Source: Gemmatimonadaceae bacterium (GTDB lineage Bacteria > Gemmatimonadota > Gemmatimonadetes > Gemmatimonadales > Gemmatimonadaceae). From it: a stretch of 32,632 nucleotides of DNA. Made by a program: the position numbers and the translations under genes. Of this stretch, positions 9,372 to 18,688 are shown piece after piece. The notes under the pieces are model-generated. The model was not told the DNA's origin. It saw only the letters and a program-made list of their open reading frames with translations, and ran no database searches. The stretch's first letter is position 1. The number at the start of each line of letters is the position of its first letter. The stretch is taken from positions 1-32,632 of the forward strand of contig JANRJP010000057.1 in assembly GCA_033763905.1 (NCBI GenBank), in the 5' to 3' direction.

Positions 9372-9391
9372 CAGTCTTTACCCTACGTAAA
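9372..9391 (+). promoter_or_regulatory. Operator TTTAC-N5-GTAAA upstream of cusCBA
   Basis: TTTACcctacGTAAA at 9377-9391, preceded by CAGTC (TAGTC at the copC site); -35 not clear. Confidence 0.65.
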
Positions 9392-9510
9392 ATCGGGGCG
9401 TTCACGATGGGCTGCCGCGTGCGGCGGTGGCAGCTTTCGGCCATCGCACACGCGCGGCGCACGGGGCGCTGTGCAGATGTAGCCGACACACCCTGCCGCT
9501 GGAGGACTCG

Positions 9511-10818
9511 ATGGTCTTAAGTGATGCTTGCGTTCGGGTCGGCGCTCGGGCCCTCCTCGTCACGGCGTTGGCCGCAGCGCCGAGTTCGGCGCAATCTGTC
9601 GCGCTGCAACTCGGGTCGCTGTACGACACCGCGCGGCTGACGAGTCCGCGCATCCAAGCGGCTGAGGCACAGGCGCGGGCTCGTGCCGCGCAGGCGCTCA
9701 CGTTGACACGGCCGCCAGACCCCCGCGTGCAGCTCGGTCTGATGAACAGGGAGCTGCCGAGCTTCGCCCCGATGTACCCGCTGGGGATGGCACAGCTGCA
9801 GGTGATGCAGATGTTGCCCACGGCCGGGAAGCTCGGGTTGGCGGCGGAAGTGGCGCGCGTCCGCGCGAGTGGCGTGGAGTTCCAAGCGCGTGAGGTCGCG
9901 TGGGAGGTCCGCGTCGCTGTCGCAGAGGCGTTCTACGAGCTGTACCGCGTCGAGCGCGCGGTTGCCATCGCCCTCGAGACGCGGCGGCTGATGGAGAATG
10001 TCGCTGGCGTCGCCGAGGCGATGTATCGGGTCGGTGAGGCGCCGCAGGCCGACGTACTCAAGGCGCGGGTCGAAGTCGCGCGGATGAGTGAGGAGATCGT
10101 GGTGATGCAGGCGATGCGTCAGGTCGCGCTTGCGCGGCTGGGCGGGCTACTCGACCGTGCGTTCGGAGACTCGACACCGCCGGCGATGCTGCCCGCGTTC
10201 CCGGCGGACCTGCCGTCGCAAGCCGATCTCGAGGCCGCGGCGCTGCAGGGACGCCCGATGTTGCGCGCGGGCGATGCGGAGGTGGCGGCGGCCGATGCGG
10301 CACGCACGCTCGCGACGCGCGAGATCATTCCCGATGTGGAGCTGGGATTCCAGTACGGTCAACGCGGCGGTGCGATGGGCACCGAGCGCATGGGGAGCCT
10401 GATGGTCGGCGCGTCGGTGCCGGTCTTTGCTCGGCGGCGGCAGCTCCCGATGCGTGCGGAGGCGGAGGCGATGCGCGCGATGGCAGTGGCCGATCTCACG
10501 GCGATGCGCGCCGAGACGCGCGCGCGGGTCGGCGCGGCGTACGCAGAATGGCAACGCGCGCGGAACCTTCAGACGCTCTACCGCTCGACGGTGCTGCCGC
10601 AGGCCCGCGCCGCCGTGGACGCGGCGTTGGCGTCGTACCGCGTCGGTGGCGTGAACCTGATGACGCTGCTCGACAACCAAGCGACGGTGAATCGCTATGC
10701 ACAGGCGCTGGCCGGTTTGGAAGCGATGGAAGGCATCGCGTTGGCGGAGCTGGAGATGCTGATGGGGCGTCAACTCTTTGACGCGCGACGCGGCGCTGAT
10801 GGACCGGAAAATCGATGA
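9511..10818 (+). CDS. cusC: TolC-family outer-membrane factor of a Cu/Ag RND pump
   Basis: GGAGG RBS; signal peptide; OEP repeats (Y.VG.APQADVL, YRVGGVNLMTLLD); precedes the MFP and CusA genes. Confidence 0.85.
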   Translation: MVLSDACVRVGARALLVTALAAAPSSAQSVALQLGSLYDTARLTSPRIQAAEAQARARAAQALTLTRPPDPRVQLGLMNRELPSFAPMYPLGMAQLQVMQMLPTAGKLGLAAEVARVRASGVEFQAREVAWEVRVAVAEAFYELYRVERAVAIALETRRLMENVAGVAEAMYRVGEAPQADVLKARVEVARMSEEIVVMQAMRQVALARLGGLLDRAFGDSTPPAMLPAFPADLPSQADLEAAALQGRPMLRAGDAEVAAADAARTLATREIIPDVELGFQYGQRGGAMGTERMGSLMVGASVPVFARRRQLPMRAEAEAMRAMAVADLTAMRAETRARVGAAYAEWQRARNLQTLYRSTVLPQARAAVDAALASYRVGGVNLMTLLDNQATVNRYAQALAGLEAMEGIALAELEMLMGRQLFDARRGADGPENR

Positions 10819-12056
10819 CATTCGAGACAGTGGCGCGTGTGCGCTGGCGTGGCGTCGCCTTGGGCGCCGTGGTGCTGGCGGTGGCGGCTGCCGTGGCGTG
10901 GTGGGCGACGCGGAACGAGTCTGACCCCGCCGCAGCGGCGGGGCACGCTCACGGCGCAGGGGCCGCGGGCGGTACCTCGGGCCCGGTGATGCTCGATTCC
11001 GCACAGGCCGCACGGATCGGCGTGTCGTATGCGCAGGCCGAGCGTGGGGTGATCGAGCAGGAGATTCGCAGCGTCGGGCAAGTGACGTACGACGAGACGA
11101 TGGTGCGCACTGTGAGCCTCAAGTTCGACGGCTGGGTCGAGCGGCTCTTCGTGGACTTCACCGGTCGCGAGGTCCTCGCGGGTGAGCCACTGCTGACGAC
11201 CTACTCGCCGATGCTGGCGAGTGCGGAGGAAGAACTGGTGCTGGCCCAGCGACTGCTGCGCGATGTGCAGCACGCCGACAGCGCGACGCAGGACGGCGCC
11301 GAACGCCTGTTGGCCGGCGCGCGCGCGCGACTCCGCAACTGGGATGTGCCGGCGGAGGAGATTGCCCGTGCGGAGGCCTCGGGCGAGAGCCGCCGTGCGC
11401 TGGACATCCGCGCGCCGTACGACGGCGTGGTGGTCGAGAAGCTGGTGTTCGAAGGGCAGCGCGTGATGGCGGGAGATCCTTTGCTGCGCCTAGTGGACCT
11501 GCGCCGCGTGTGGGTGGAGGCGGAGGTATTCGAGCAGGATCTCTCGCTCGTGCGACTCGGACAGCGCGTGACGGTCGAGCTCGAGGCATTCCCAGGGCGT
11601 CCGCGCAGCGGTCCGATCGTCTTCCTGCAGCCGACGGTGGATCCGCGAACGCGCACGATGCGCGTGCGCATTTCGCTCGACAACAGCGACCGCCAACTGC
11701 GTCCCGGGATGTACGCCACGATCCGCCTGCGTGCCGCCGCGACAGGCGCCGTGGTGCTCGTGCCGCGTTCGGCGGTGCTCTCGACCGGCCGTCGCGACAT
11801 CGTCTTCGTGCGGACCGTCGACGGGATCCTGGAACCGCGTGAGGTGGTGCGCGGGCTCGCCTCAGATGATCGAGTCGAGATCCGGTCCGGCCTTGCCGCA
11901 GGCGAGTGGGTCGTCGCGTCGGCGACGTTCCTTGTGGACGCGGAATCCAACCTCGGCTCGGCGCTCGGCGGGATGGCTGGGATGCCAGGGATGGATATGC
12001 CCGCGCCGCCGAAGGCAGCGACCCCGGCGCCCCCGCCGGCCACACACGACCACTGA
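10815..12056 (+). CDS. cusB: CusB-type periplasmic adaptor (MFP)
   Basis: GWVERL, YSPML, TRTMRVRI, LRPGMYA, FLVDAESNL; Met/His-rich tail. Confidence 0.9.
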   Translation: MTFETVARVRWRGVALGAVVLAVAAAVAWWATRNESDPAAAAGHAHGAGAAGGTSGPVMLDSAQAARIGVSYAQAERGVIEQEIRSVGQVTYDETMVRTVSLKFDGWVERLFVDFTGREVLAGEPLLTTYSPMLASAEEELVLAQRLLRDVQHADSATQDGAERLLAGARARLRNWDVPAEEIARAEASGESRRALDIRAPYDGVVVEKLVFEGQRVMAGDPLLRLVDLRRVWVEAEVFEQDLSLVRLGQRVTVELEAFPGRPRSGPIVFLQPTVDPRTRTMRVRISLDNSDRQLRPGMYATIRLRAAATGAVVLVPRSAVLSTGRRDIVFVRTVDGILEPREVVRGLASDDRVEIRSGLAAGEWVVASATFLVDAESNLGSALGGMAGMPGMDMPAPPKAATPAPPPATHDH

Positions 12057-12067
12057 GGTCGCGATCA

Positions 12068-15000
12068 ATGCTGCAGCGAATCATCGAGTGGTCGGTCCGG
12101 AACGTCTTTCTCGTAACGTTGATGATGGTCGCAGCGGTCGGTGGCGGTATCATCGCCCTCCAGCGGACGCCGCTCGAGGCCTTGCCCGACCTGAGTGACG
12201 TGCAGGTCATCATCCAGACCGAGTACAACGAGCAGGCGCCGCAGATTGTCGAGGACCAAATCACGTATCCGATTGCGGCCGAGATGCTGAAGGTGCCGGG
12301 CGCCGAGGTGGTGCGCGGGTACTCGTTCTTCGGCGTCTCGTTCGTGTACATCATCTTCGACGACGATACCGATCTGTACTGGGCGCGCAGTCGTGTGCTC
12401 GAGTATCTGAACGGGTTGAAGGGCCGCCTGCCGGCGTCCGTATCGCCGACGCTCGGGCCCGATGCCACCGGCCTCGGTTGGGTGTATCAGTACGCGCTCG
12501 AGGACACGACCGGGAAGCTCGACCTCGCCGAACTGCGTGCGCTGCAGGACTGGTACCTGCGCTACGAGCTGACGGCCGTGCCGGGCGTTTCCGAAGTGGC
12601 GACCGTCGGCGGCTACGAAAAGCAGTATCAGGTGGATCTCGATCCCGCGAAGCTCTTGGCGTACCGCATTCCGGTCACGCGCGTGATGCAGGCCATCCAG
12701 GCATCGAACGCCGACATCGGTGCGATGGTGGTCGAGCTGTCGGAGCGCGAGTACATGGTGCGCGGACTGGGCTACCTCAAGTCGCTGGGGGACATCGAGA
12801 GCATCGTCGTCGGGGCGACGGATCGCGGGACGCCGATCCGAGTGGCCGAGGTCGGTCGTGTCTCGGTCGGGCCGGCCGTGCGTCGCGGCGTCGCCGAGCT
12901 CGACGGTCGAGGCGACGCGGTCGGCGCCATCGTCGTGATGCGCTTTGGCCAGAACGCGCTCGCAACGATTGCGCGCGTCAAGGAGCGCATTGCGCAGGTG
13001 GCGCCGGCGTTGCCGCCCGGCGTCGTCCTGCGGCCGGTGTATGACCGCAGCGACCTAATCGAGCGGGCAATCTCGAACCTGCGCGTCAAGTTGATTGAGG
13101 AGAGCCTCGTCGTCGCGCTGGTCTGCATTGTCTTCCTGCTGCACGCTCGCTCGGCTCTCGTGGCGATCATCACGCTGCCTGTCGGCATCCTGCTGGCGTT
13201 CATCGCGATGCGGTACGTGGGCGTCGGGGCGGACATCATGTCGCTGGGCGGCATCGCCATCGCGATCGGTGCGATGATAGACGCCGCGATCGTGATGATC
13301 GAGAACCTGCACAAGCATCTTGAACGCGCCGTGCTGGCCCGCGAGGAGCCCGGTGCCCCGCCGTCCCGATGGCTGGACACTGGGCGACTCACGCGCGCCG
13401 AGCGTTGGCAGGTCGTGATTGACTCGGCCAAGGAAGTCGGACCGGCGCTCTTCTTCTCCCTGCTGATCATCACGGTGTCGTTCTTGCCCGTCTTCACGCT
13501 CGAAGGGCAAGAGGGACGCCTGTTCCGGCCGCTCGCATACACGAAGACCTTTGCGATGGCCGCCGCCAGTCTCTTGTCGGTGACCGTGGTGCCGGTGGCG
13601 ATGGGCGTCTTCGTGCGTGGGCGCATCTATCGGGAGTCCGCGAATCCCGTCAATCGCTGGTTGATGCGCGCCTACCATCCGTGCATCACCTTCGTGCTCC
13701 GGCATCGCTGGTCGGTCGTAGTAGCGTCGGGGACGGCGGTGATCTTGACGTGGATTCCGTGGTCGCGAATCGGCAGTGAGTTCATGCCGACGCTCGAGGA
13801 GGGCACGGTGCTCTACATGCCGACGACGCTCCCCGGTGTATCCGTCGCGCGGGCGCGCGAACTCCTGCGCGTGCAGGCCGAGATCTTGAGAGGGTTCCCG
13901 GAAGTCGAGCACGTCTGGGGCAAGGCTGGACGCGCGAATACCGCCACCGACCCCGGGGGTCTCGATATGATCGAGACCACCATCACCCTGCGTCCCCGCG
14001 ACGAATGGCGTGCGGGGATGACTTATGACGGTCTCGTCGCAGCGATGGACTCGGCGGTGAGGGTTCCCGGCGTGACGAATGCGTGGACGATGCCCATCAA
14101 AGGGCGCAACGACATGCTCGCGACCGGCATTCGCACGCCGGTGGGAATCAAGGTGTTCGGTCCAGATCTCGCTGAGCTGGAGCGTCTCGGCCGCGAAATC
14201 GAGCAGGCGGTGAAGATGGTGCCGGGCACGCGCAGTGCCTTCGCCGAGCGCGCGGTCAGCGGTTACTACCTGGACATTGACATCGATCGCGAGGCGGCGG
14301 CGCGGCACGGCCTGAACGTCGGCGACGTCCAGGCCGTGATTGCGACGGCCATCGGCGGGATGACCGTCACGCAGACCGTGGAGGAGCGGCAGCGCTTTGG
14401 TGTCCGCGTGCGATATCCGCAGGAGCTGCGCGACTCACCGGAACGCTTGGCCAATGTGCTCGTGCCGGTCGCGCACGGCGCGGCGTCTGCGTCGGCCTCG
14501 GGCGGGATGGCGGGCATGGGGGCAGGCGCCGCTGTTGCGCAGTCGGACGGACCCGCGCAGGTGCCTCTGGGCCAGCTGGCCCGCATCACCACGGTGGCGG
14601 GGCCGATGGTGGTCCGCACGGAAGGCGCGGTGCCGACGGCGTGGGTCTATGTCGACGTCGTGGGGCGCGACATCGGGAGCTACGTCGCGGAGGCGCAGCG
14701 CACCGTCGCGCAGCAGGTCACGCTCCCCACCGGCTACTCAATCTCGTGGAGCGGGCAATACGAGTACATGGAGCGCGCAAAGGCCCGTATGAAACTGGTG
14801 ATCCCGGCGACGCTGGCGCTGATCTTCCTGCTGCTGTACCTGAACTTCGGAAACGTCGGCGAGTCGTTGATTGTGATGCTCTCGCTGCCGTTCGCGTTGG
14901 TTGGCGGACTCTGGTTCCTGTGGCTGCTCGGATACAACTGGTCGGTGGCCGTGGCGATCGGCTTCATTGCGCTCGCAGGCGTCGCCGCCGAGACGGGCGT

Positions 15001-15340
15001 TGTGATGCTGATTTACCTCGACCACGCGTGGCAGGCACGGACGGCGGCGGGGCAGCGTGCGACGCTCGCCGATCTCTACGACGCCGTGATTGAGGGCGCG
15101 GTCGAGCGTGTGCGCCCCAAGATGATGACGGTGACCGCAATCATGGGCGGGCTCTTGCCCTTGCTCTGGGGCACGGGAGCGGGCGGCACGGTGATGCGGC
15201 GGATTGCGGCGCCGATGATCGGCGGAATGGTGTCAAGTACCGTGCTGACGCTGCTCGTGATTCCCGCGGTTTATTCGCTGTGGAAGGAGCGCGAGCTTCT
15301 CCGCGGCGCCCAGGGGCCCGCGTCGCAGGAGGTGACATGA
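12068..15340 (+). CDS. cusA: CusA/SilA heavy-metal RND permease (HME4, Cu(I)/Ag(I))
   Basis: ALPDLSDVQVII, LGPDATGLGWVYQY, AIGAMIDAAIVMIEN, RVRPKMMT. Confidence 0.96.
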   Translation: MLQRIIEWSVRNVFLVTLMMVAAVGGGIIALQRTPLEALPDLSDVQVIIQTEYNEQAPQIVEDQITYPIAAEMLKVPGAEVVRGYSFFGVSFVYIIFDDDTDLYWARSRVLEYLNGLKGRLPASVSPTLGPDATGLGWVYQYALEDTTGKLDLAELRALQDWYLRYELTAVPGVSEVATVGGYEKQYQVDLDPAKLLAYRIPVTRVMQAIQASNADIGAMVVELSEREYMVRGLGYLKSLGDIESIVVGATDRGTPIRVAEVGRVSVGPAVRRGVAELDGRGDAVGAIVVMRFGQNALATIARVKERIAQVAPALPPGVVLRPVYDRSDLIERAISNLRVKLIEESLVVALVCIVFLLHARSALVAIITLPVGILLAFIAMRYVGVGADIMSLGGIAIAIGAMIDAAIVMIENLHKHLERAVLAREEPGAPPSRWLDTGRLTRAERWQVVIDSAKEVGPALFFSLLIITVSFLPVFTLEGQEGRLFRPLAYTKTFAMAAASLLSVTVVPVAMGVFVRGRIYRESANPVNRWLMRAYHPCITFVLRHRWSVVVASGTAVILTWIPWSRIGSEFMPTLEEGTVLYMPTTLPGVSVARARELLRVQAEILRGFPEVEHVWGKAGRANTATDPGGLDMIETTITLRPRDEWRAGMTYDGLVAAMDSAVRVPGVTNAWTMPIKGRNDMLATGIRTPVGIKVFGPDLAELERLGREIEQAVKMVPGTRSAFAERAVSGYYLDIDIDREAAARHGLNVGDVQAVIATAIGGMTVTQTVEERQRFGVRVRYPQELRDSPERLANVLVPVAHGAASASASGGMAGMGAGAAVAQSDGPAQVPLGQLARITTVAGPMVVRTEGAVPTAWVYVDVVGRDIGSYVAEAQRTVAQQVTLPTGYSISWSGQYEYMERAKARMKLVIPATLALIFLLLYLNFGNVGESLIVMLSLPFALVGGLWFLWLLGYNWSVAVAIGFIALAGVAAETGVVMLIYLDHAWQARTAAGQRATLADLYDAVIEGAVERVRPKMMTVTAIMGGLLPLLWGTGAGGTVMRRIAAPMIGGMVSSTVLTLLVIPAVYSLWKERELLRGAQGPASQEVT

Positions 15341-15421
15341 ATCCATCGCCACACGACGTAGCGGAGAACGGCGAAGTATCTAGCGGCACTCACGCCATAC
15401 ACACAAATGGGAGGAAGGACG

Positions 15422-16819
15422 ATGTGCTCGACAACTAGGATGATCTGCAGCGCGATCGCAGCGGTGATGCTGACGCTGCCATCGCTCTCGGCGGCCCAGA
15501 CCGTTGACACGGCGCAGACGCGGTTCCAACCGCAGAACGTGATTCAGTACCTGAGGCCGCAGGACAAGCGCGGCCTGAACCTGTTCGAAACCTCGAAGGA
15601 GGCCGGGGCGGAGTATCGGGGCTTCGCGCTGCAGTGGGGTGCAGCGTTCACGCAGCAGTTCCAGGCGCTCTCGCACTCGAACACCGCCGATTCGGTGGCA
15701 GTGCCTGCCGTGGCGCCGTCGCCGGGCAATGCCGGCAGCGCTGCGATCGCGAACCGCAATCGGTTGATGGAAGTCGGCAATGGTTTCAACAATGCCACGG
15801 CCAATATGTATCTCCACGCGCAGCTTGCGCCCGGGGTGCGCGTCCAGTTGACCAGCTACCTCTCCGCGCGGCGTCACAACGAGACGTGGGTGAAGGACTG
15901 ATTCTTGCAGATCGACGAGTCCCCGATTGACCTGCCGCTCTTCAATGACATCATGAGGTACACGACGCTGAAGATCGGTCACTTCGAGATCAACTACGGC
16001 GACTTTCATTTTCGGCGAACGGACAACGGGCAAGCCCTGTACAATCCGTTCGTCGGGAACCTGATCCTCGATGCGTTCACCACAGAAGTAGGCACTGAGG
16101 CAATTGTCCACAAGGGAGATGTCTTCGGCGTCATCGCCCTGACCAATGGCGAGATCCGTGGCAATATTCAGCGTCCGAACAGTCGTGAACCAGCGCTGAT
16201 GTTCAAGGCGGGATTTGATCGCCAGATGAGCGAGGATCTGCGCGTCCGCCTCTCAGGCTCCTATCGCACACAGAAGGGAGCCATCAACAACACATTCTAC
16301 ACCGGTGATCGCGCGGGGTCTCGCTACTACTACGTCCTGGAGAACTACGTGGCGACCGAAACGGCGAACGCGTCGTCTGGGATGATCAACCCGGGCTTCA
16401 GCGATGCGGTCACGGCGTACATGATCAACCCGTTCGTCAAGTTCCGCGGGCTCGAGTTCTTGGGCGTCTATGAGAACGCGTCCGGGCGTGGGCAGGAAGG
16501 GACGGGTGGTGCACCGGCTGGAGTCGCGCCGCCAGAGCGCGATGTGACGCAGCTGATGGCCGAGCTCGTGTATCGGTTCTTGCCGGGTGAACGGCTCTTT
16601 GTGGGTGGCCGCTGGAACACCGTGACCGGAAACCTCGGTGGCGCCAATAGCGATGTCGATGTGACCCGCACCAACTTCGGCGGCGGCTGGTGGATTACGC
16701 CGAGTCTGCTCCTCAAAGCCGAGTATGTGAACCAGACCTACGATGGCTTCAGTAGCACGGACATTCGCAACGGCGGTCGCTTCAAGGGATTTGTGCTCGA
16801 GGCCGTGACGGCTTTCTAA
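15422..16819 (+). pseudogene. Outer-membrane beta-barrel protein interrupted by one in-frame TGA (15899-15901)
   Basis: ORFs 15407-15901 and 15905-16819 share a frame (WVKD*FLQIDESP); signal peptide; C-terminal Phe (AVTAF). Confidence 0.8.
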
Positions 16820-16889
16820 GCGGCCGACGCGCGGGGCTCGGGAGAGACGCTTGTTCAAGGCCTCTCCTGATCCTTTCGCGAGAATGGGC

Positions 16890-17105
16890 CCGGTCGCCGC
16901 CCGCCCATCCTCTTGCAGAACGTTTAGCGCGAAATGCGGTGCTGTCGCATCGGGTCGACGGGGCTGCTTCGGTCGCGTGTTCCTGCAGGACCGCGATGAT
17001 CCGCTCGGTCGTCAACCGGCACTTCTTCACGATCGTCAGAATCGACGACCGAGAATCCTCAACCATCAGCATACAACAGGACCGCGTGGAAGGGAGACTC
17101 CCTCA
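16890..17105 (-). mobile_element. Degraded IS3-family left end and OrfA fragment
   Basis: From GTG at 17030: VKKCRLTTERIIAVLQEHA, then in a shifted frame DPMRQHRISR*TFCK. This resembles IS3 OrfA (KKSRFTEEQII..L.E...RxHGIS..TFYxW). Putative TG terminus at 17105. Confidence 0.65.
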
Positions 17106-17385
17106 CTGGCGCTTGCCAACGAAAACTGCTCTCGGGCCCTGCTGAGCACCCGTTGCCGGAGCGAATCCCGCCCTTGGTATTGGCGACGGTCGCTGCGCTT
17201 CGACTGAAAACACCCTATGACCTCAACGCCGACCGACGACGCTTCAATCGTAAGGATGAGTCAGGCGGATTGGCAGATTGCGATTGCGTAGCAGCGTGCG
17301 GAGAGTCCGGCATAGATCCCGAAGCGTCTCGAGGAGCCGACGCTCTCGCTACTTCTGTGGTTTGCACGTCACAGTTGGGTTGTCG

Positions 17386-17481
17386 GCATAACGTGGGCTT
17401 CTGCTGCAGACACTCCATAAAATGCGGCCGCGAAGCGGCCGCCACCATAGCGTGGCTGTCAGCCAGCAAGCTTCGCTGTGC
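17386..17481 (+). mobile_element. attC-like site (96 bp) with mutated R' core (GCTGTGC)
   Basis: R'' GCATAAC at 17386-92; GCTTCTGCTGC and CCATAAAATGCGG shared with the 31319 site; central hairpin GCGGCCGC-GAA-GCGGCCGC at 17424-42. Confidence 0.75.
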
Positions 17482-17793
17482 CGCGCGAGGTCAAGCGTGG
17501 GGCAATCTGCGAAGCCATTAAACGAGCCAGCGTCTACACGAATCGGCCTAGTTATTGACTAGCCTCGCCGGGGCGCACTTCGGAGAAAGTCAGTCCGACG
17601 GCGGCGCTCCAACAGTTCACTGATCAACGCATCATCTCGACCTGCCCTCAGACAGGCCAGAGATCCACGCGTGGGAACGCACACGAAAAAGTGGGGTGTC
17701 CTGGGCATGCAACTGTCGTTCAGTCACCGAAGGAATGCCTGCAAGCAAGAAAGCGAAAGACAACCGGCACGGCACGCGCGTCTCCGATTCGAA

Positions 17794-18252
17794 CTACCGG
17801 CGGCGCCGTCCAACCCACCGTCGGACAGAAAGTGCGTAGTGTTCGAAACGCGCACCGAAGCGCTCCTCAAGCGCTCGCTCTTCCGCCGGAATTTGCACAC
17901 GATGCAAGTACACCGCGAATACGCCAGGTCCTGCGAGTGCTAGCAGCGAGCCCAGTGCGACAGCAGCACCTATCGCTGCGCAGACGAAGCCCAGATACAT
18001 CGGATTGCGCGTCCAGCGATAGACGCCGTCGGTAACGAGCGCGCTTGCGCGCTCCGGATGTCGCGGATCAACGGTGGTCTGCTGGCGTCGAAACGCCATC
18101 ACACCCTCCAATGCCGTGGCCAATCCCGCAAGAGCAATCATCACGCCTAGGGCGCGAAGTCCCACAGAGGATCGTTCAAGGGGGTCAATGCTAGCCAACC
18201 GGACGCTCAAGCCGACGGCTCCGAGCAGCATCAAAACAGGAGGAACACGCAT
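17794..18252 (-). CDS. Isoprenylcysteine carboxylmethyltransferase (ICMT/PEMT)-family membrane protein
   Basis: TTVDP...LVTDGVYRWTRNPMYLG...QIPAEERAL..RFG..Y...VRRW. Confidence 0.88.
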   Translation of the reverse strand: MRVPPVLMLLGAVGLSVRLASIDPLERSSVGLRALGVMIALAGLATALEGVMAFRRQQTTVDPRHPERASALVTDGVYRWTRNPMYLGFVCAAIGAAVALGSLLALAGPGVFAVYLHRVQIPAEERALEERFGARFEHYALSVRRWVGRRRR

Positions 18253-18303
18253 ATGGCTAGAATCTCGCGATTACAGGTTGGTTTGGGCCGCGCCGCAGTC
18301 GAA

Positions 18304-18688
18304 TCAGCATTCCACCAGCTCCTTCCAGCGACGCTGCCGATGCCAATAAAGACGATGTGCGAAAAGCCACTCAAACGGTGTGAGAGGTCCGGCCCGTACC
18401 TCAACGCAATCGCGATACACCATAGCGCTCTAGCCCTGCTCAATGGAAATGAGATGGTCCCGAGCTGGAATCAGCGCACTGTGGCCCGCGTCTCGGAGAG
18501 CGAGTCCAGAGGCGACCGGAGGACACGAGACTACCGTGGTCTGTCGGGCCAATAGAAAGACACCAAACAGCCAAACGCTGACCCAGTGCGTCCTCGCCAT
18601 CCGTGCCGGCGGAAACGCATCCGTGCCTACCGGGGAGAAATGAGCAAGTGGGCGGGCGACGTACTGCAAGGGGTGCCGACCAATAGAA
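18304..18688 (-). pseudogene. 5'-truncated, stop-interrupted gene for a small hypothetical (probably SRPBCC-like) protein
   Basis: One frame reads LQYVARPL..F...HWVSVWLFG...LRDAGHSALI..RDHLISIEQG*SAMVYRDCVEVRAGPLTP..WLFAHRLYWHRQRRWKELV, with TAG at 18430-32. Family assignment is from recall. Confidence 0.55.

Noticed and set aside
7552..14308. Long antisense ORFs (7552-8745, 8039-9094, 11158-12468, 13055-14308) and similar ones opposite czcA
   Set aside because: High-GC shadow frames opposite clearly identified genes, with no motifs.
15899..15940. Selenocysteine recoding of the TGA
   Set aside because: The context is not a redox Cys motif, the position is more likely Gly, and the downstream hairpin is weak. 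Kept only as a minor alternative.
16841..16875. Hairpins as terminators (GGAGAG/CTCTCC here; also 2373-2398 and about 9409-9475)
   Set aside because: Imperfect stems without a clear U-tract; expected by chance at this GC content.
17106..17793. Short ORFs around the central attC (17153-17521, 17215-17469, 17671-17943)
   Set aside because: They run through the attC or lie antisense to ICMT, with no RBS or motifs; probably decayed or non-coding DNA.
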